This document shows positions 10,585 to 21,800 of a stretch of DNA of 44,546 nucleotides, piece after piece; position 1 is the stretch's first letter, and each line of letters opens with the position of its first letter. Under the pieces are notes generated by a model. It searched no databases and was not told the origin of the DNA. It saw only the letters and a program-made list of their open reading frames with translations. The position numbers were made by a program, and so were the translations under genes. Where the stretch lies: contig LVLI01000296.1 in the NCBI GenBank assembly GCA_001687465.1, positions 1 to 44,546 on the forward strand. The letters run 5' to 3'. The stretch comes from Halocafeteria seosinensis. Its lineage: Eukaryota.

Positions 10585-12375
10585 GCCGGCGCCATCCCGA
10601 GTAACCGAACTAGTCCTGTCATCCAATCTGTAACCTCAACTCGATACGCTAGAGTCTTCCTTGACTTCGGTATTCAATACAGAAACTAACGTTGGAGAGA
10701 AGGTTGTGTTTGACTGCTTTGATCTGTTGTGCTCCAGTATCGGTCGGAATGGCAGTGTATTTGGCGGATGCCTCTGCGAGAGTTCCAAGGAATTGGTAAT
10801 AGAATAGCGGTCGGCACAGCTCGATCGTGAAGAATTTAACGAGACAAAAGCGGCAAACGGTACGATCGTGTTTATTGGGGAGACATTGAGCAGGACCTTC
10901 CGTAAGAGCCTATGCCGATGACTTCTCTCTCTGTGCTAGTTCCAGTTCCAAACAAAGTCCCTCTTCCCAATGTAGACTTTGAGGTTTTATTCCAAGAGAT
11001 AGTTGTGTTGTGTGGCGACGCCGATATTGTGGTGTCTTTGCCGTTGGAGCCGGTCGTGACGCAGATATTTCATGGACATGAAGTCTCAACTCTACAGTAG
11101 CCACAGGTGGACTCGATATGACCCAGGATAACACAACCCAATGCGTACGAGATGAGGGGTCCTTGCCAACAAGGAGAATCGTGACTGTGTATTTGTACCT
11201 GCGGCAGAATTGCTGAACGGGGCGACGTACACGCTTATTCTGAAAGAGGAGAATATATACGGAAACTCTCTGGAGCAACAGATTGAGTTTGAGGTTGAGA
11301 GGCAACAAGCGCCCTAAATATATTTCGATGAAAGACTTAGTCGTGAAATTGTAAGCTCTAAAGGGGCATTGTTCCGTACGTCAACGAGACTGCAAAGTTG
11401 CGATGCTGGCGGTGGCGGTGCCAGTGATGTTTCTTAGTTATATTTTAGTTTCATTTGGAGTCTAAACGATCCATGGTCTTGACCCGAGGGGATTGAACGT
11501 ACTGTAAAGAGAGTTGATCCCATTTACCGAACCGTATGCGATTCAATTTAACGTAACAGCAGCATCCGAACCTGAAAGACCAGATCGTTGGAATCATCTC
11601 GTGATATTACTTTGACCGTTACACCTAGCCCTGTCGTAGCTAAGATCGCGGGAGGAAGTCGTGCTGCTGGTATATCTTCTCAGCCACAGTTGAATGCTGG
11701 TGAGAGCAATACTCCTTATTGAAATATTGCCCTTGAGAGATGGACTTTAAAGAAGCAATTTACCTGGTCTTGCGAGCTTGAGGGAATCGACGCGAACTGT
11801 ACGGAACGCCCTTTAAGGGCGCGATAAGTACAGAAGAGGAATTAGTTGTAGCACGAAGATATCGAGGACCGGAAGCAGGATATTAGCAATCAACGAAGTA
11901 CCCGTCAAATTTACGGTCAAAGTCGATTCGAGCCTAAATAGGACAACAGGAGATACCATTGACTCCTCGGACTCGGATTCCGTCACTATAGCATTGAGAG
12001 GTACTTCGTTCCCGGGTTTAAGTATCGAAAGTTTCCTTCCCAGTGATGCGCCAGTCTTAATAGTCAATGGCGCTCCACATTTCAAGGTGAATCGGGGTCA
12101 GGAGGTGCGTATCTCAGCTAGCGTAGGAGAATCCAAACAAACTGTGAACCAATGGGCCTTCGTGGACGAAGGAATGTTGGAACTTGACGACATACCTGGT
12201 ACTGGTAATTGAGTCTCTAAGTGTGGCAGCGAACCAGTTGTGCTGCAAATCAACTGCTCCAAGGAAACAAATCTATACGGCAGTATCGGACCCAGTTTGG
12301 ATCTCAGTTTGACTCTTCCCTGTCTTCCAAGTCTTTCGGCTATACTGAAGTTCGAGTATTTGTCCACAGCATCCC
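10585..12375 (+). pseudogene. Broken internal fragment of a paralogue of the REJ-domain surface protein at 38218-44544
   Basis: PQLDTLESSLTSVFNTETNVG vs PQLDRLGSLLTIKFDTHTNFG; SIGRNGSVF vs EIGRNVSVF; SFLPSDAPVLIVNGAPHFKVN vs SFLPKDAPITLINGQSHFKVN; QLLQG..YRTQFG; GYTEVR vs GFTEVR. Multiple stops and frameshifts. Confidence 0.9.
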
Positions 12376-12403
12376 CGTGTTAGACGTCTGATTAACGCCC
12401 GCG

Positions 12404-12465
12404 AAAAATTTTATTAAATTTAATAATTTTTGAAAATATAAACGTAAATTAATTTACGTTTATAT
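12404..12465. repeat. Two adjacent AT-rich palindromes
   Basis: Perfect 30-bp palindrome atataaacgtaaattaatttacgtttatat (12436-12465). Perfect 16-bp ttattaaatttaataa (12411-12426), extended by aaaaa/ttttt with a bulge. Confidence 0.9.
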
Positions 12466-12529
12466 CTAGATAGGCGGCGGTCGACTTGTCGCAACCGACA
12501 CCAGCTAATTACTGGTATGCATATATCAG

Positions 12530-13390
12530 CACATGGTGGGTCTAAAGCGTCTCCTTTGCATATATGCCTCTGTTGCAGTGGTGTCCTTTTATATGCTCGG
12601 CCACATCGACCTGGACTTTAGCATGACCGAACCGGAACCGTCTCTGCCTCCAAGCAGGAATCAGTCACTCGGAAACTTTATACGCAGACTGCTTATTTCA
12701 GAAAAGCATTGGAAGATACCCAAGGTGATGGGTTGTGTGTGTCTGCAGTAGTTGACAGGAAATTCAGTGACTTTGCTCCTGTTTTCGCTTATAGCATGCT
12801 TGCCACTCATCCCAAGAGCCGTGTGTTCGTGACCTTCATGGATCCAGTTCCTCAACGCGTCATTAAGGTGATGAAATGAGTTAATGTCAGTCAAGACCGA
12901 TGGAAGTTTCAATACGGTGAAACACTGCGACGATATAAGCGGCGTGTAGGGAAGAGTTCCAATTAGACTATACGTTTATATTCACATACTTCTGGAGACA
13001 AGAAAATGATTGACCTTTACACCAGGATTTAAGCAACCAAGAGAGACGAAGAAATGCATGTGCCAACACTGACCAGATCCATAATTCTTATTCGATTGAA
13101 AATTTAACCAGCTCTTCGGTGGGACACACACACACAAATGTGACAGATAGCGGAGGCATTGCAGGTGAGGGTGTGGGGTATAGTGATGGATTTGTCGAGA
13201 TTGTTAATTTTCCTCTTCCGGAGTTATGTAGATGGCGACTTGGCTGGCGGCATATGTGGTTCTGACACCTATTGGCACGATCACAACGATCACTCCACCG
13301 ACTTGCAGTCTTGAAAACACCAACTATTTGTGAAGGTGAACTTGCGACTGACACGGTTGGGCGGTATTGTCGTGGCTTGAGTTGTTGTAC
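12530..13390 (+). pseudogene. Decayed LRR-family paralogue including the N-terminal domain
   Basis: LKRLLCIYASVAVVSFYMLGHI (cf. REVLWVYLRTWYQFYSARHT), LLISE...CLQ* (cf. VLVSDECLQQ), then VKHCDDIS, TNVTDSG, F*HLL. Confidence 0.45.
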
Positions 13391-13474
13391 AGATTACCGA
13401 CCACCCTTTTGTGCCTTTATAGTACGTGTAGTGTCAGTATGAGATACTGAGTCAGCTGAAGTGGAAGGAAAACA

Positions 13475-14637
13475 ATGGTACGAACACGGAAAGGCACGCA
13501 GCTTGGCGGCTCGCCTCCTGGTGAAGCCCCCGCTGGCACTGCCACGGCAGATTATACGACATCTCCACAGACAGTGACGTCCGAGAAGCGGCAACAGAAG
13601 CGACAAAGTAAGACGAATCGCTCAGTCAAGATACAGGAGCAAGCAGAGTCGAAGGAGGAGGCGTCTGAATCTGAACAACCGCACAGTACGTCTCGTCCGA
13701 AATCCTCCAAGAGAGGTCATGGAGACAGCATTTCTAACAACCGACATGATCAAGAGGGGAGGAGTGAAGAGGAACTCCTTGATGACAGTGGGGGTGAAGG
13801 AGACGCTCCTGAAGAGGTCTCCGTCTCGACCGCCAGATCCCAGTTCCGACAGCAAGTGAAAGACCAACGACGAGCGACACAAGTGTACGTAGAACTTCTT
13901 AACAAATTGCAGAAGAGCATATAATGGACGTTAATGTTTTCCTTTAGGTTCTTCAGGTCACGATCTGCTAAAAGGAAGCGAACCAGGAAGAATGTGAGTC
14001 AGCAAGAAACGACTCAGCCAGAGGAAACAAGGGCTACAGAAGAGGGAAACCATGAGGAGCTCTCACAGTCCGCCATCGAGCACGGAGGCAGCGAACCAGA
14101 CGCGCGAAATTATAGCGAGGATGAGGGAGAGCTTCCTTTGGATGTGCTCCAAGCGGCTGAAAGCCATATCTATACCCAGCATGAAAACCAGCGCAGGTAC
14201 GCAATATCCCCGGCTGTAGTTTCGCTGTAGACACTCCGACCTGCTCCTTTTTTGCAGTCATCAAGTTTTTGGGGAAGAATATAATGAAAAGCAAACGGGC
14301 GTAAGTGAGCAGCGCAAACCTATCCATGCTAAGAACAAGTACGTCATAATCCCCTACAATGAAGGCCGAGGTCTATTCACCTATGATGGAAGAAATGTTC
14401 ACATTCAGACATGGTCTATTAATCGTAGCAGAAGGAGAGGGAAAGGAAGGACATCAGGCAAGGCAATATATTGCATCTCAGTACTCTGCAAGTGCCCGTG
14501 AATTTATGGCTAAGCATCTATACGGAAATAGATTGCAAAGGGTTCCCCCCGGCAGCAGTGGGTTTAAGAAGCGTCTGGGTCCTGCCCAGAAATTTACCCG
14601 GCCAGCGATGAAGAAAAAGACGCGAACTGTTAGATAA
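13475..14637 (+). CDS. NOL7/Bud21(Utp16)-like nucleolar SSU-processome protein; 4 exons, ~319 aa
   Basis: Exons 13475-13884, 13957-14196 (alternative acceptor gives 13948), 14258-14338 and 14409-14637 are frame-consistent, with GTACG..AG introns. Motifs DAPEEVSVSTAR, KRKR, ELPLDVLQ and AREFMAKHLYG (NUC129-like). Confidence 0.7.
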
Positions 14638-14699
14638 GCATGCGAACACATCTCATGTAGCTCAACATTGAGAAAACGAAGAATGGTCGACTCTGACCC

Positions 14700-15490
14700 A
14701 TTGAGCCATTCTAGCTCCTAATGTCATGAAGAACTGCTCAAAGCAAATTGATTACTACCCGCGTATATGTGTGTCTCTAGTTGACTCGCTTGTGTCACTG
14801 TTTTTTGCCATGATATCCTCACATAGGCTCTAAGCTACCTACGAAACCGCGACTGGAAAGCGTATACCAAATTCACGGAACATACGTAAGACTTCGCGAG
14901 TTCAAATGGGATAGTGTTGAAACATTCAATAAGAATGACAATGGTCTCGCAATTGCCAGATGCTGTAGTAGTGTAGTTTGATTCAGTTGCTACGCATGTA
15001 AGTATTTACCACGATTACAAGGGACTCCACTAATCGGAAAATAGTCCAAGACATTTGTACTGGTAATCCTTACAGTGGTACGTCTTCGTGGGTGATCAAG
15101 TTAGTAGCAGCAGCATGTCCCTTTGAGAGCAGATTGCACTAAGGAGATGCACCACCTGAACGGTGAAACCATAGTCCTAATGGTCATAGAGGTGGCACTG
15201 TTGAAACGTTGCATCGGCAATCGTATCTCGTTTACATTTCTGAAGACGCCAATTTGGTTACGCATCGGAACTCAGGAGTCACATTGGCAGTAACCTATAA
15301 TTGTGAAACCTGAAACGTAGCTCCGTTAACCCTAAGAGCAAACGGTTCTACTACTCGAGTAGCTTTTTGTATGAAACGGCTCATATCCACCCTCATTGGT
15401 ATGCGGGAGTCCGGGGATCCAATCAAATGCGGTTTTGGATTGATGTGCGCGGCAGATCGTGCAAGATGATACCGGGTGGGGTGCTGCTCC
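14700..15490 (-). pseudogene. Decayed LRR-family paralogue directly downstream of the intact gene
   Basis: GIILHDLPRT (cf. GEIVLNDLEHT), NVTPEFRCVTKL, CKRDTIADATFQQ (cf. CDQDSLTDTAFQH), FQH/SHLNS, YAFQS, WQKTVT. Confidence 0.55.
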
Positions 15491-15520
15491 GCCAGCCGAT
15501 CGATACGCGCAATATGACGC

Positions 15521-17239
15521 TCATATAGGCTGGGAGAAACTAAGCCCGTAAACAGTGCAACGTTTTGGAAGATGGTGAGTCACGTTGTTGATCAGGTCCG
15601 CCTGACGACAGGCTCGGATATTCACAGAACTCAACCGAGGTAAGCGAACCAACGACGACCCCGTTATGGTTGTCTGCGTGCAACCTCTCATATCTAGTAA
15701 GACCAGACGGGATAAGTGATCGAACGCAGAATCCGTTATCGTTGTTTGAAAACATCCGCACATATTTAATTTGGATAATTTGGTCAAGTGTTGAAATGCT
15801 GCGTCTGTAATCTCCGTTTGACGACAAAGACTAATATCCAAGAAAGTTAGCTTTACCAAGTGTTGAAACGCCGCATCCGAAATTGTTTTCTGCGAGCAAT
15901 CGGGCATTCTAAGCGAAACCAGATTGGACAAGTGTCCGAATGCGAAGTCTGTTATGGTCTCCTGAGAGCAAGATTCCATTTCAAGCACCACCAAATTCCT
16001 CAAGTGCCGGAAGGCAGAATCAGTCAGACTGGATTGACTGCACTGCGTCATGTTTAAACTTGTTAGTCTTGACAAATGCTGGAAAGAAAAATCTGTGATT
16101 CCCTCTTGATGACAATCCCTCATGTCCAAACACAACAAACTCGACAAGAAACTAAAAGCAGTGCAGCTTATGGTCTCTTGAGTGCAGACAGCCATGGACA
16201 GTGTCGTCAGTGTTTGCAGGTGCTGAAATGCTTTATTTGTGATGGTAGTTTGACGACAGCCTCTCATACTCAGCGAGGACACGTTTGATAAATGCTGAAA
16301 AGCAGAATCAGTGATTGAACTTTGGTCGCAGTAACTCATATCCAAGTCAGTCAAGTTCCGTAAGTGGCTGAAGGCAGCATCAGCGATATCGGCTTGGTTA
16401 CACTCGGACATATCTAGTTCTTTCACTCTAACTAAGTCTTGAAAGGCAAAGCTCGTGATGGTACGTTGATAACATCTACTGATCTGTAATGATTCCAACT
16501 CACACATATGTTGAAGTGCGTTGTCTGTTATGGTAGTTTGTGTGCAGCCATGGAGTTTTAGCCGTTTCAAACTGTTCGACAAATGCTGAAATGCGGAATC
16601 TGTTATCGTTGTCTGATTGCTGTATGTGAGAGTTAGGTTCGTCAAACGCGCCAGATGCTGGAAGGCTACATCGGTTATCGTTTCCTGGTCGCATTCCTCC
16701 ATTACTAGGCTTAACAAATTTGATAAGTGCTGAAACGCGGTGTCTGTAAGACTGTCCTGATCGCATTGGACGAGCTCCAATGAGGTGACATGCCGAAAAT
16801 GAGTGAATGCTGCATCCGTCACATTCCGGCACTCTATTAAGATCACTGACTTTGCTCTGCTAGGAATAGTACAAAGTTGATCGTCTTGAACAGTATGTTC
16901 CAAATCATTTAGCACAATTTCTCCTGCGAAGTTTGGGCATTGTGTTAACATCTCCTCCAACGTTGTATCCAACCCAAGTGTGTTACATGCTGGCCACGAT
17001 AGCTCTCTGACCTTGTTGTCCCCACCATGTCTGTCCGGCGGAATCGACGCTACGCTGCTCCAGTAGTCAACTGTTTGCTGAAGACACTCGTCACTCACGA
17101 GGACCTCTTTCTGTCCACCCGGGATTGTATGACGGGCACTGTAAAACTGATACCACGTCCTCAGGTACACCCACAGCACCTCGCGGGGATCGTGAGAGGC
17201 CGCCATTTCCTTGCACTCTTTTACTAGATTCGGCCACAC
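15521..17239 (-). CDS. Cysteine-containing LRR protein (FBXL/AMN1-like repeats) with an unrecognised N-terminal domain
   Basis: About 16-17 tandem 26-aa units LxxLxMxxCxQxTITDxAFQHL. The ORF begins just after CATAG, a likely acceptor. A possible first exon 17346-17308 (MPSSQTLSADTID) with a 68-nt phase-0 intron has a weak donor; otherwise ATG at 17206. Confidence 0.88.
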   Translation of the reverse strand: MWPNLVKECKEMAASHDPREVLWVYLRTWYQFYSARHTIPGGQKEVLVSDECLQQTVDYWSSVASIPPDRHGGDNKVRELSWPACNTLGLDTTLEEMLTQCPNFAGEIVLNDLEHTVQDDQLCTIPSRAKSVILIECRNVTDAAFTHFRHVTSLELVQCDQDSLTDTAFQHLSNLLSLVMEECDQETITDVAFQHLARLTNLTLTYSNQTTITDSAFQHLSNSLKRLKLHGCTQTTITDNALQHMCELESLQISRCYQRTITSFAFQDLVRVKELDMSECNQADIADAAFSHLRNLTDLDMSYCDQSSITDSAFQHLSNVSSLSMRGCRQTTITNKAFQHLQTLTTLSMAVCTQETISCTAFSFLSSLLCLDMRDCHQEGITDFSFQHLSRLTSLNMTQCSQSSLTDSAFRHLRNLVVLEMESCSQETITDFAFGHLSNLVSLRMPDCSQKTISDAAFQHLVKLTFLDISLCRQTEITDAAFQHLTKLSKLNMCGCFQTTITDSAFDHLSRLVLLDMRGCTQTTITGSSLVRLPRLSSVNIRACRQADLINNVTHHLPKRCTVYGLSFSQPI

Positions 17240-17619
17240 CTATGCAGACGTACCAACCCCTAAAAATGCCCATTTAATACAGGATTGCAACAGGAAATGG
17301 AAGAAACGTCGATAGTGTCGGCCGACAGTGTTTGTGAAGATGGCATGTTGCCTCAAGTTGTGTCCGATCCTAATGTTTGATACACTCGGTCAAAGTTGAG
17401 GCAATAGACCAAGTGGCACTGCTGTTGTTAGGAGTGCATGGCATCGCAAAGGGCCTGAATAAAGACGCCAAACGTGGTCTACACCCATCTTCACAAGCCG
17501 ATATCAAGCCGCACTTTATACAGCTTGTATAGATCGTACCAAGGACTCCAAGGAGGGTGGAAGGGTCCTGTAACATGTCTTGAGAGGGTTCGTCGCCTTC
17601 TCCAAGGGTGGGTGATGAT

Positions 17620-18796
17620 ATGGCCGACGAGAGGGGTGCTGAAATCATTTTCCTGGCTCCTGGATACAATGAACTCTACCAAGTACGTACTGCAATAAGC
17701 CTTTATGATGCAATTGCTGGCATAAGTGCGCTCATACCGTGCTGCTCAGGTGGCCATTGCTCAAGAGCTCATCGAAGACAATGAGGAGTCGGGGGAGATG
17801 ACGGTCGAATGGAGTGTGAGATTCCTGGAAAACAATCTGAATCTGCAGCAAGAGCAAGCGCTACAAGAGAGTAGTGATGAAACAGTGGAACAGGACAGAC
17901 ATCGGGGACTACATCGGGGTGGACTCTCTCATGCTCAATCCGCAATACGGATGAAATTGGATCGAATCGACCGAAGGAAAAACGTGGAACAAGTACTACG
18001 CAGTTCGATACGACCAGATTTTACTACGCTCTGCTTCCAGTATCATCAGAAATTTGTACACGAATTTCGGAAGGCGTTTTATGTGCGTCGGTTAGAAAAC
18101 AAACAATTTAATCTTCTTCTACTCGGCCTCGGTGCCGGAGCTGTACCCGGACATATTTACGAACAACTGGAATCATGCGCTTGCTCGGCCACGGATATGG
18201 AACTGAGGACGTATGCTGCTGAACTGGATCCAGGGATGGTTCGTATCATTCTCATATCATATTTCCGGCTTCTCGATACTAAACCCCAGCTTTGGCCTGC
18301 TGATGATTTTGCAGGTATCTTTGGCACTAGATGTTTTTTCCTTAAGGCGTTGGTCCAGCGAACAGAGACTCACAGTCTTCACCGAGGATTTTCGAGCAGC
18401 GTTGGAGGTACAACATCGGTGTATGTCCTTGCTCAGTCAAATTGATTTATGTATGTTTCTCCCTGTCTGCAGAATTTACCCAAGCGAACGATGGATATGG
18501 TGATTGTAGATCTTAGCGGATATTCCCCAGGCTGGCCTCTATTGGCTCCTGTGGAATCCTTCGTAGAGCGGTCTGCTCTAGAATTGCTGTGCAGCGTTTG
18601 CAGTCCTGTGGCGACGGTATGCATAAATTTTTTAGCCCTTAACAACGATGAAATTTCTAAACAGTGGGCGAACTACGTAATCGATACCATCAAACTTGTA
18701 TGGAAGGGCCATGTTGCCCATTCTTTGGAAACAGCCCCCCAGACACCGGGTCAATCGCCGCCTCAAAATTTCGTATTGTCAATACAGTTGAGCTAA
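17620..18796 (+). CDS. Class I SAM-dependent methyltransferase, spermidine-synthase-like / METTL13 C-terminal-domain-like; 4 exons, ~322 aa
   Basis: Exons 17620-17682, 17750-18238, 18315-18407 and 18473-18796 (all phase-0 joins). Motifs AQSAI, LCFQYHQ, LLLLGLGAGAVP, AELDPGMV, MDMVIVDL. Confidence 0.8.
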
Positions 18797-18838
18797 CAAC
18801 ATGGTGAGCTTTTGTGTATTAGAATTCGCTTATCCTAT

Positions 18839-21800
18839 TTAGTTAGAATGATACTGTTCATAACCGTACCAAACCTTCAACGTACCATCCCAGCTAGTAC
18901 TGATGAGACAGTCTTGCAATAATTGAAGTCCTGAAATGTGTGCTTCATGAGTGTCGACGTCGGCGTCGATTCCGCTTTCGGTTAGGTCACCCCATACAGC
19001 AAAGGATCTACATAGTTCCCTAGATTGAGTAGATTTCAGCGGACGCACGTTGATCAACCTAATATCTCCGTCACTGCTACCACTAGCAATAACAGAATCG
19101 CCATCCGAGGCCAAGTGAATAACAGATGCAGAGTGCTTCGCCAAGAGCTTTCCAAATATCGATTCTCCACCACACAGTTCCGAGTCTCTTTTTGTCCGAC
19201 ATTGTATTTCTTCCCTTTTCAGTTCGTCCTGGAATTCCCTCAAGTACGAATGTAAATCGAATACCCAAGCACGGACAGATCCGTCTTCACAGCCAACGAC
19301 GGCAATCGAGCCTCCATAATTTGGCCCCGCGGCTTTCGTTTTATCAGGAATTATCAAGGAAGCCCAAACTTGTTCCTCGGCATCAAATGCTCCCACTGAG
19401 AATACTTCCCCCAGTGATTGCGAGGAGTTCAGACGCGCACCCAGCTGCCATAACTTCAGAGTACCGTCCAGGCTACTTGTGTAGACTATTTCTCTTAAAG
19501 GTCCCGCGCTTTCTGACCCGGATTCCACGGCTATATAATTACACGAGATAACAGCTCTAGTGTGAGCCCTCCACTCATATGCCAGAATCGAGTCCAACCT
19601 GTTCAGACGTCGCTTGTCACGGGCAGACGCTCTGAGCGCAGCTATATCAAAAGCGTACATGTTACCGCTTCGGGAACCCACCAACAGACACCACGTGGGC
19701 ACATGTATAAGTCTTAAGCACTGCGGAATTTCGGCGGCTCCTTCCTGGGGCAATTGAAATTCCACGCATCGCCTCGTATCGGACCACCAACAGAGGATCC
19801 TTCCAGAGACAGTAGCCATGGCTAGAATGTAATAAGCGTCCTCATTGCCGTCTGTCGATCCTGATTTAGCTTCAACGACGCTGCTCACAACTTTTTCCGC
19901 CGATATTTTTCTCTTGCTAAAGAGTTTCGAGAACAATGCGGTGCCAAGACGCCGCTCTCCAGAACGAAGTATGCGCTCTTTCCACAAAGGGGTGGGGATA
20001 CTGTTTGGTTGTTTCAACGTTGCAAACGCTGTGAATGTGTTCAAGTTAGACCGCTCTTTCGGACTGGTAGATCGGAACGAGCGAAGAGGAGGCTGAGATT
20101 GTCGTCGCTGCACTGGATGATATATTTGATCCTTGGGAATCCTCCAAATAGTAACCAATCCGTCTTTGGATATGCAAACGATATCAATTCCATCGAACGT
20201 AAAGAGATTTATGGAAGCGATAGGACCCGCGTCAACGTACTGACGTAGAATCGGCGATTCCACTACCAGGTCCCAAAGGACAACCTGACCATCTGTGGCT
20301 CCTGTAGCCGCTAAAGAAAGCCATTCGCCTTCGCATGCTGTGGGCGTATCATTTCTCCAGTCAAGAAAAGAAACCGCACTCATACATTCTATTTTGGCTC
20401 CTACGTTGTGCCCCTTAAGCGTGTCGGAGGACAAAGTTAACGGATGCATCAGAACTTTTTCGTCATTAACGAGGTGAGTATATTCTTCCACAGGCCGCAT
20501 CTCGGCAGCAGCAACGATGTCACGGGGTGATAACCATTGCATTCGAGCGCTCCCTAGATTTAAACTTAGCGATTCACTAGACACGGGGATTGGTGGGGAA
20601 CGTGGTTGGTAGTATGTTCTGTCGTAATCCTCGGAGAACTGCTGATTTCTTCGAAAGGGTGAGTCGTCGTCGCTGGCCTCTGGCGAAGCTATTGATGAAA
20701 CACTTAGATCGGACTTTCTCCTATCCTTTTCCCCCCAATTGGGTGACATGTGGACTTGGCAGCTCGACCAAGATCCCGTTGACAGAAGAGAAGAAATACT
20801 GCGTTCCAGGGCTTCCTTGTGATCTTGGCCAAAGTATGCAAGAGGTAGAAGGGGTCGGCAGACATCTCTCCCACATCCAATCATGTGATTGTAAAGCGTA
20901 GCAATTCCCGAGGAGCATTTGAGATGCCGTGCAGAAATATGAGACGCTTCCGCAAGGAGCTGTTGTATAGCTCTGTTACCCGTACATGGGGGAATAATGT
21001 CATTACTGATCATTGGCGGTGCACAACTGCTCGCTACACATAGGCTCGCAGGCCACCCGCATATTGTTTCCTTGGATGTACCCAAACGCAGAGCATTCTG
21101 AATCAGACCGAAGATGTGCTCTTGAACAAGCTGCTGGATCTGCTTTATCAGAGATCCCATATCATTGGCTGCGAACCACAACACGTTACCGCCCACAGCG
21201 CTTTGCTTGTGTGAACACGACTGAGTCCTGAGTTTCCAACCGTGCGCTGCTTGGCATAAGTGCACCGCGCTACTGTACTGAAGATAGCATGCCCAAAATT
21301 CAGCCCTTGACCATATGCCCAGGCCGAAGAGACAGTTGTCCATTGAGAGTGTATAATATCCACCAGACTCTTCTAACTCTAGCGGCAGTTTCCAACATAA
21401 TGGCTCCTCTGAGCGTCCCATTCCATCTATGTAACAAAGTAGGTAAGGCCATGGTAGACCAAGTAGTACGTCTGCAGGGGTTTCCAACATATGTTTAGAT
21501 ATGCGGTCTTCTCCCTTAAGCGCGTAATCGACATGTTTGGCTTGAACGGAGCACCGGAAGTAAGGCGCTATTTGTATCAACGTTGCAGCCGCTGCAAAAT
21601 CTTTTGCAGTATCACAAGCGTTCAACATCCATCGAAACGCTTGAATCAGGGCTGAAAACGCCGGCGGCCAGAGCACAATCGACTGCCGTATCGAGGAGTC
21701 GAGAGTACTGGAAAAAGCTACAGAAAGCGGTATCTCCTCGAAGCCTTCAACATCGCCGCTCACGTTCGATGAAATGAACAACCGTTTAACTTCATGCATT

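Noticed and set aside
12404..12470. Helitron 3' end (hairpin followed by CTAG)
   Set aside because: The hairpin is AT-rich and directly abuts CTAG, the next base is A rather than T, and no Rep/helicase is seen.
12533..12751. Type-II membrane protein (72-aa ORF)
   Set aside because: Better explained as the decayed N-terminal domain of the LRR family; no convincing downstream exons.
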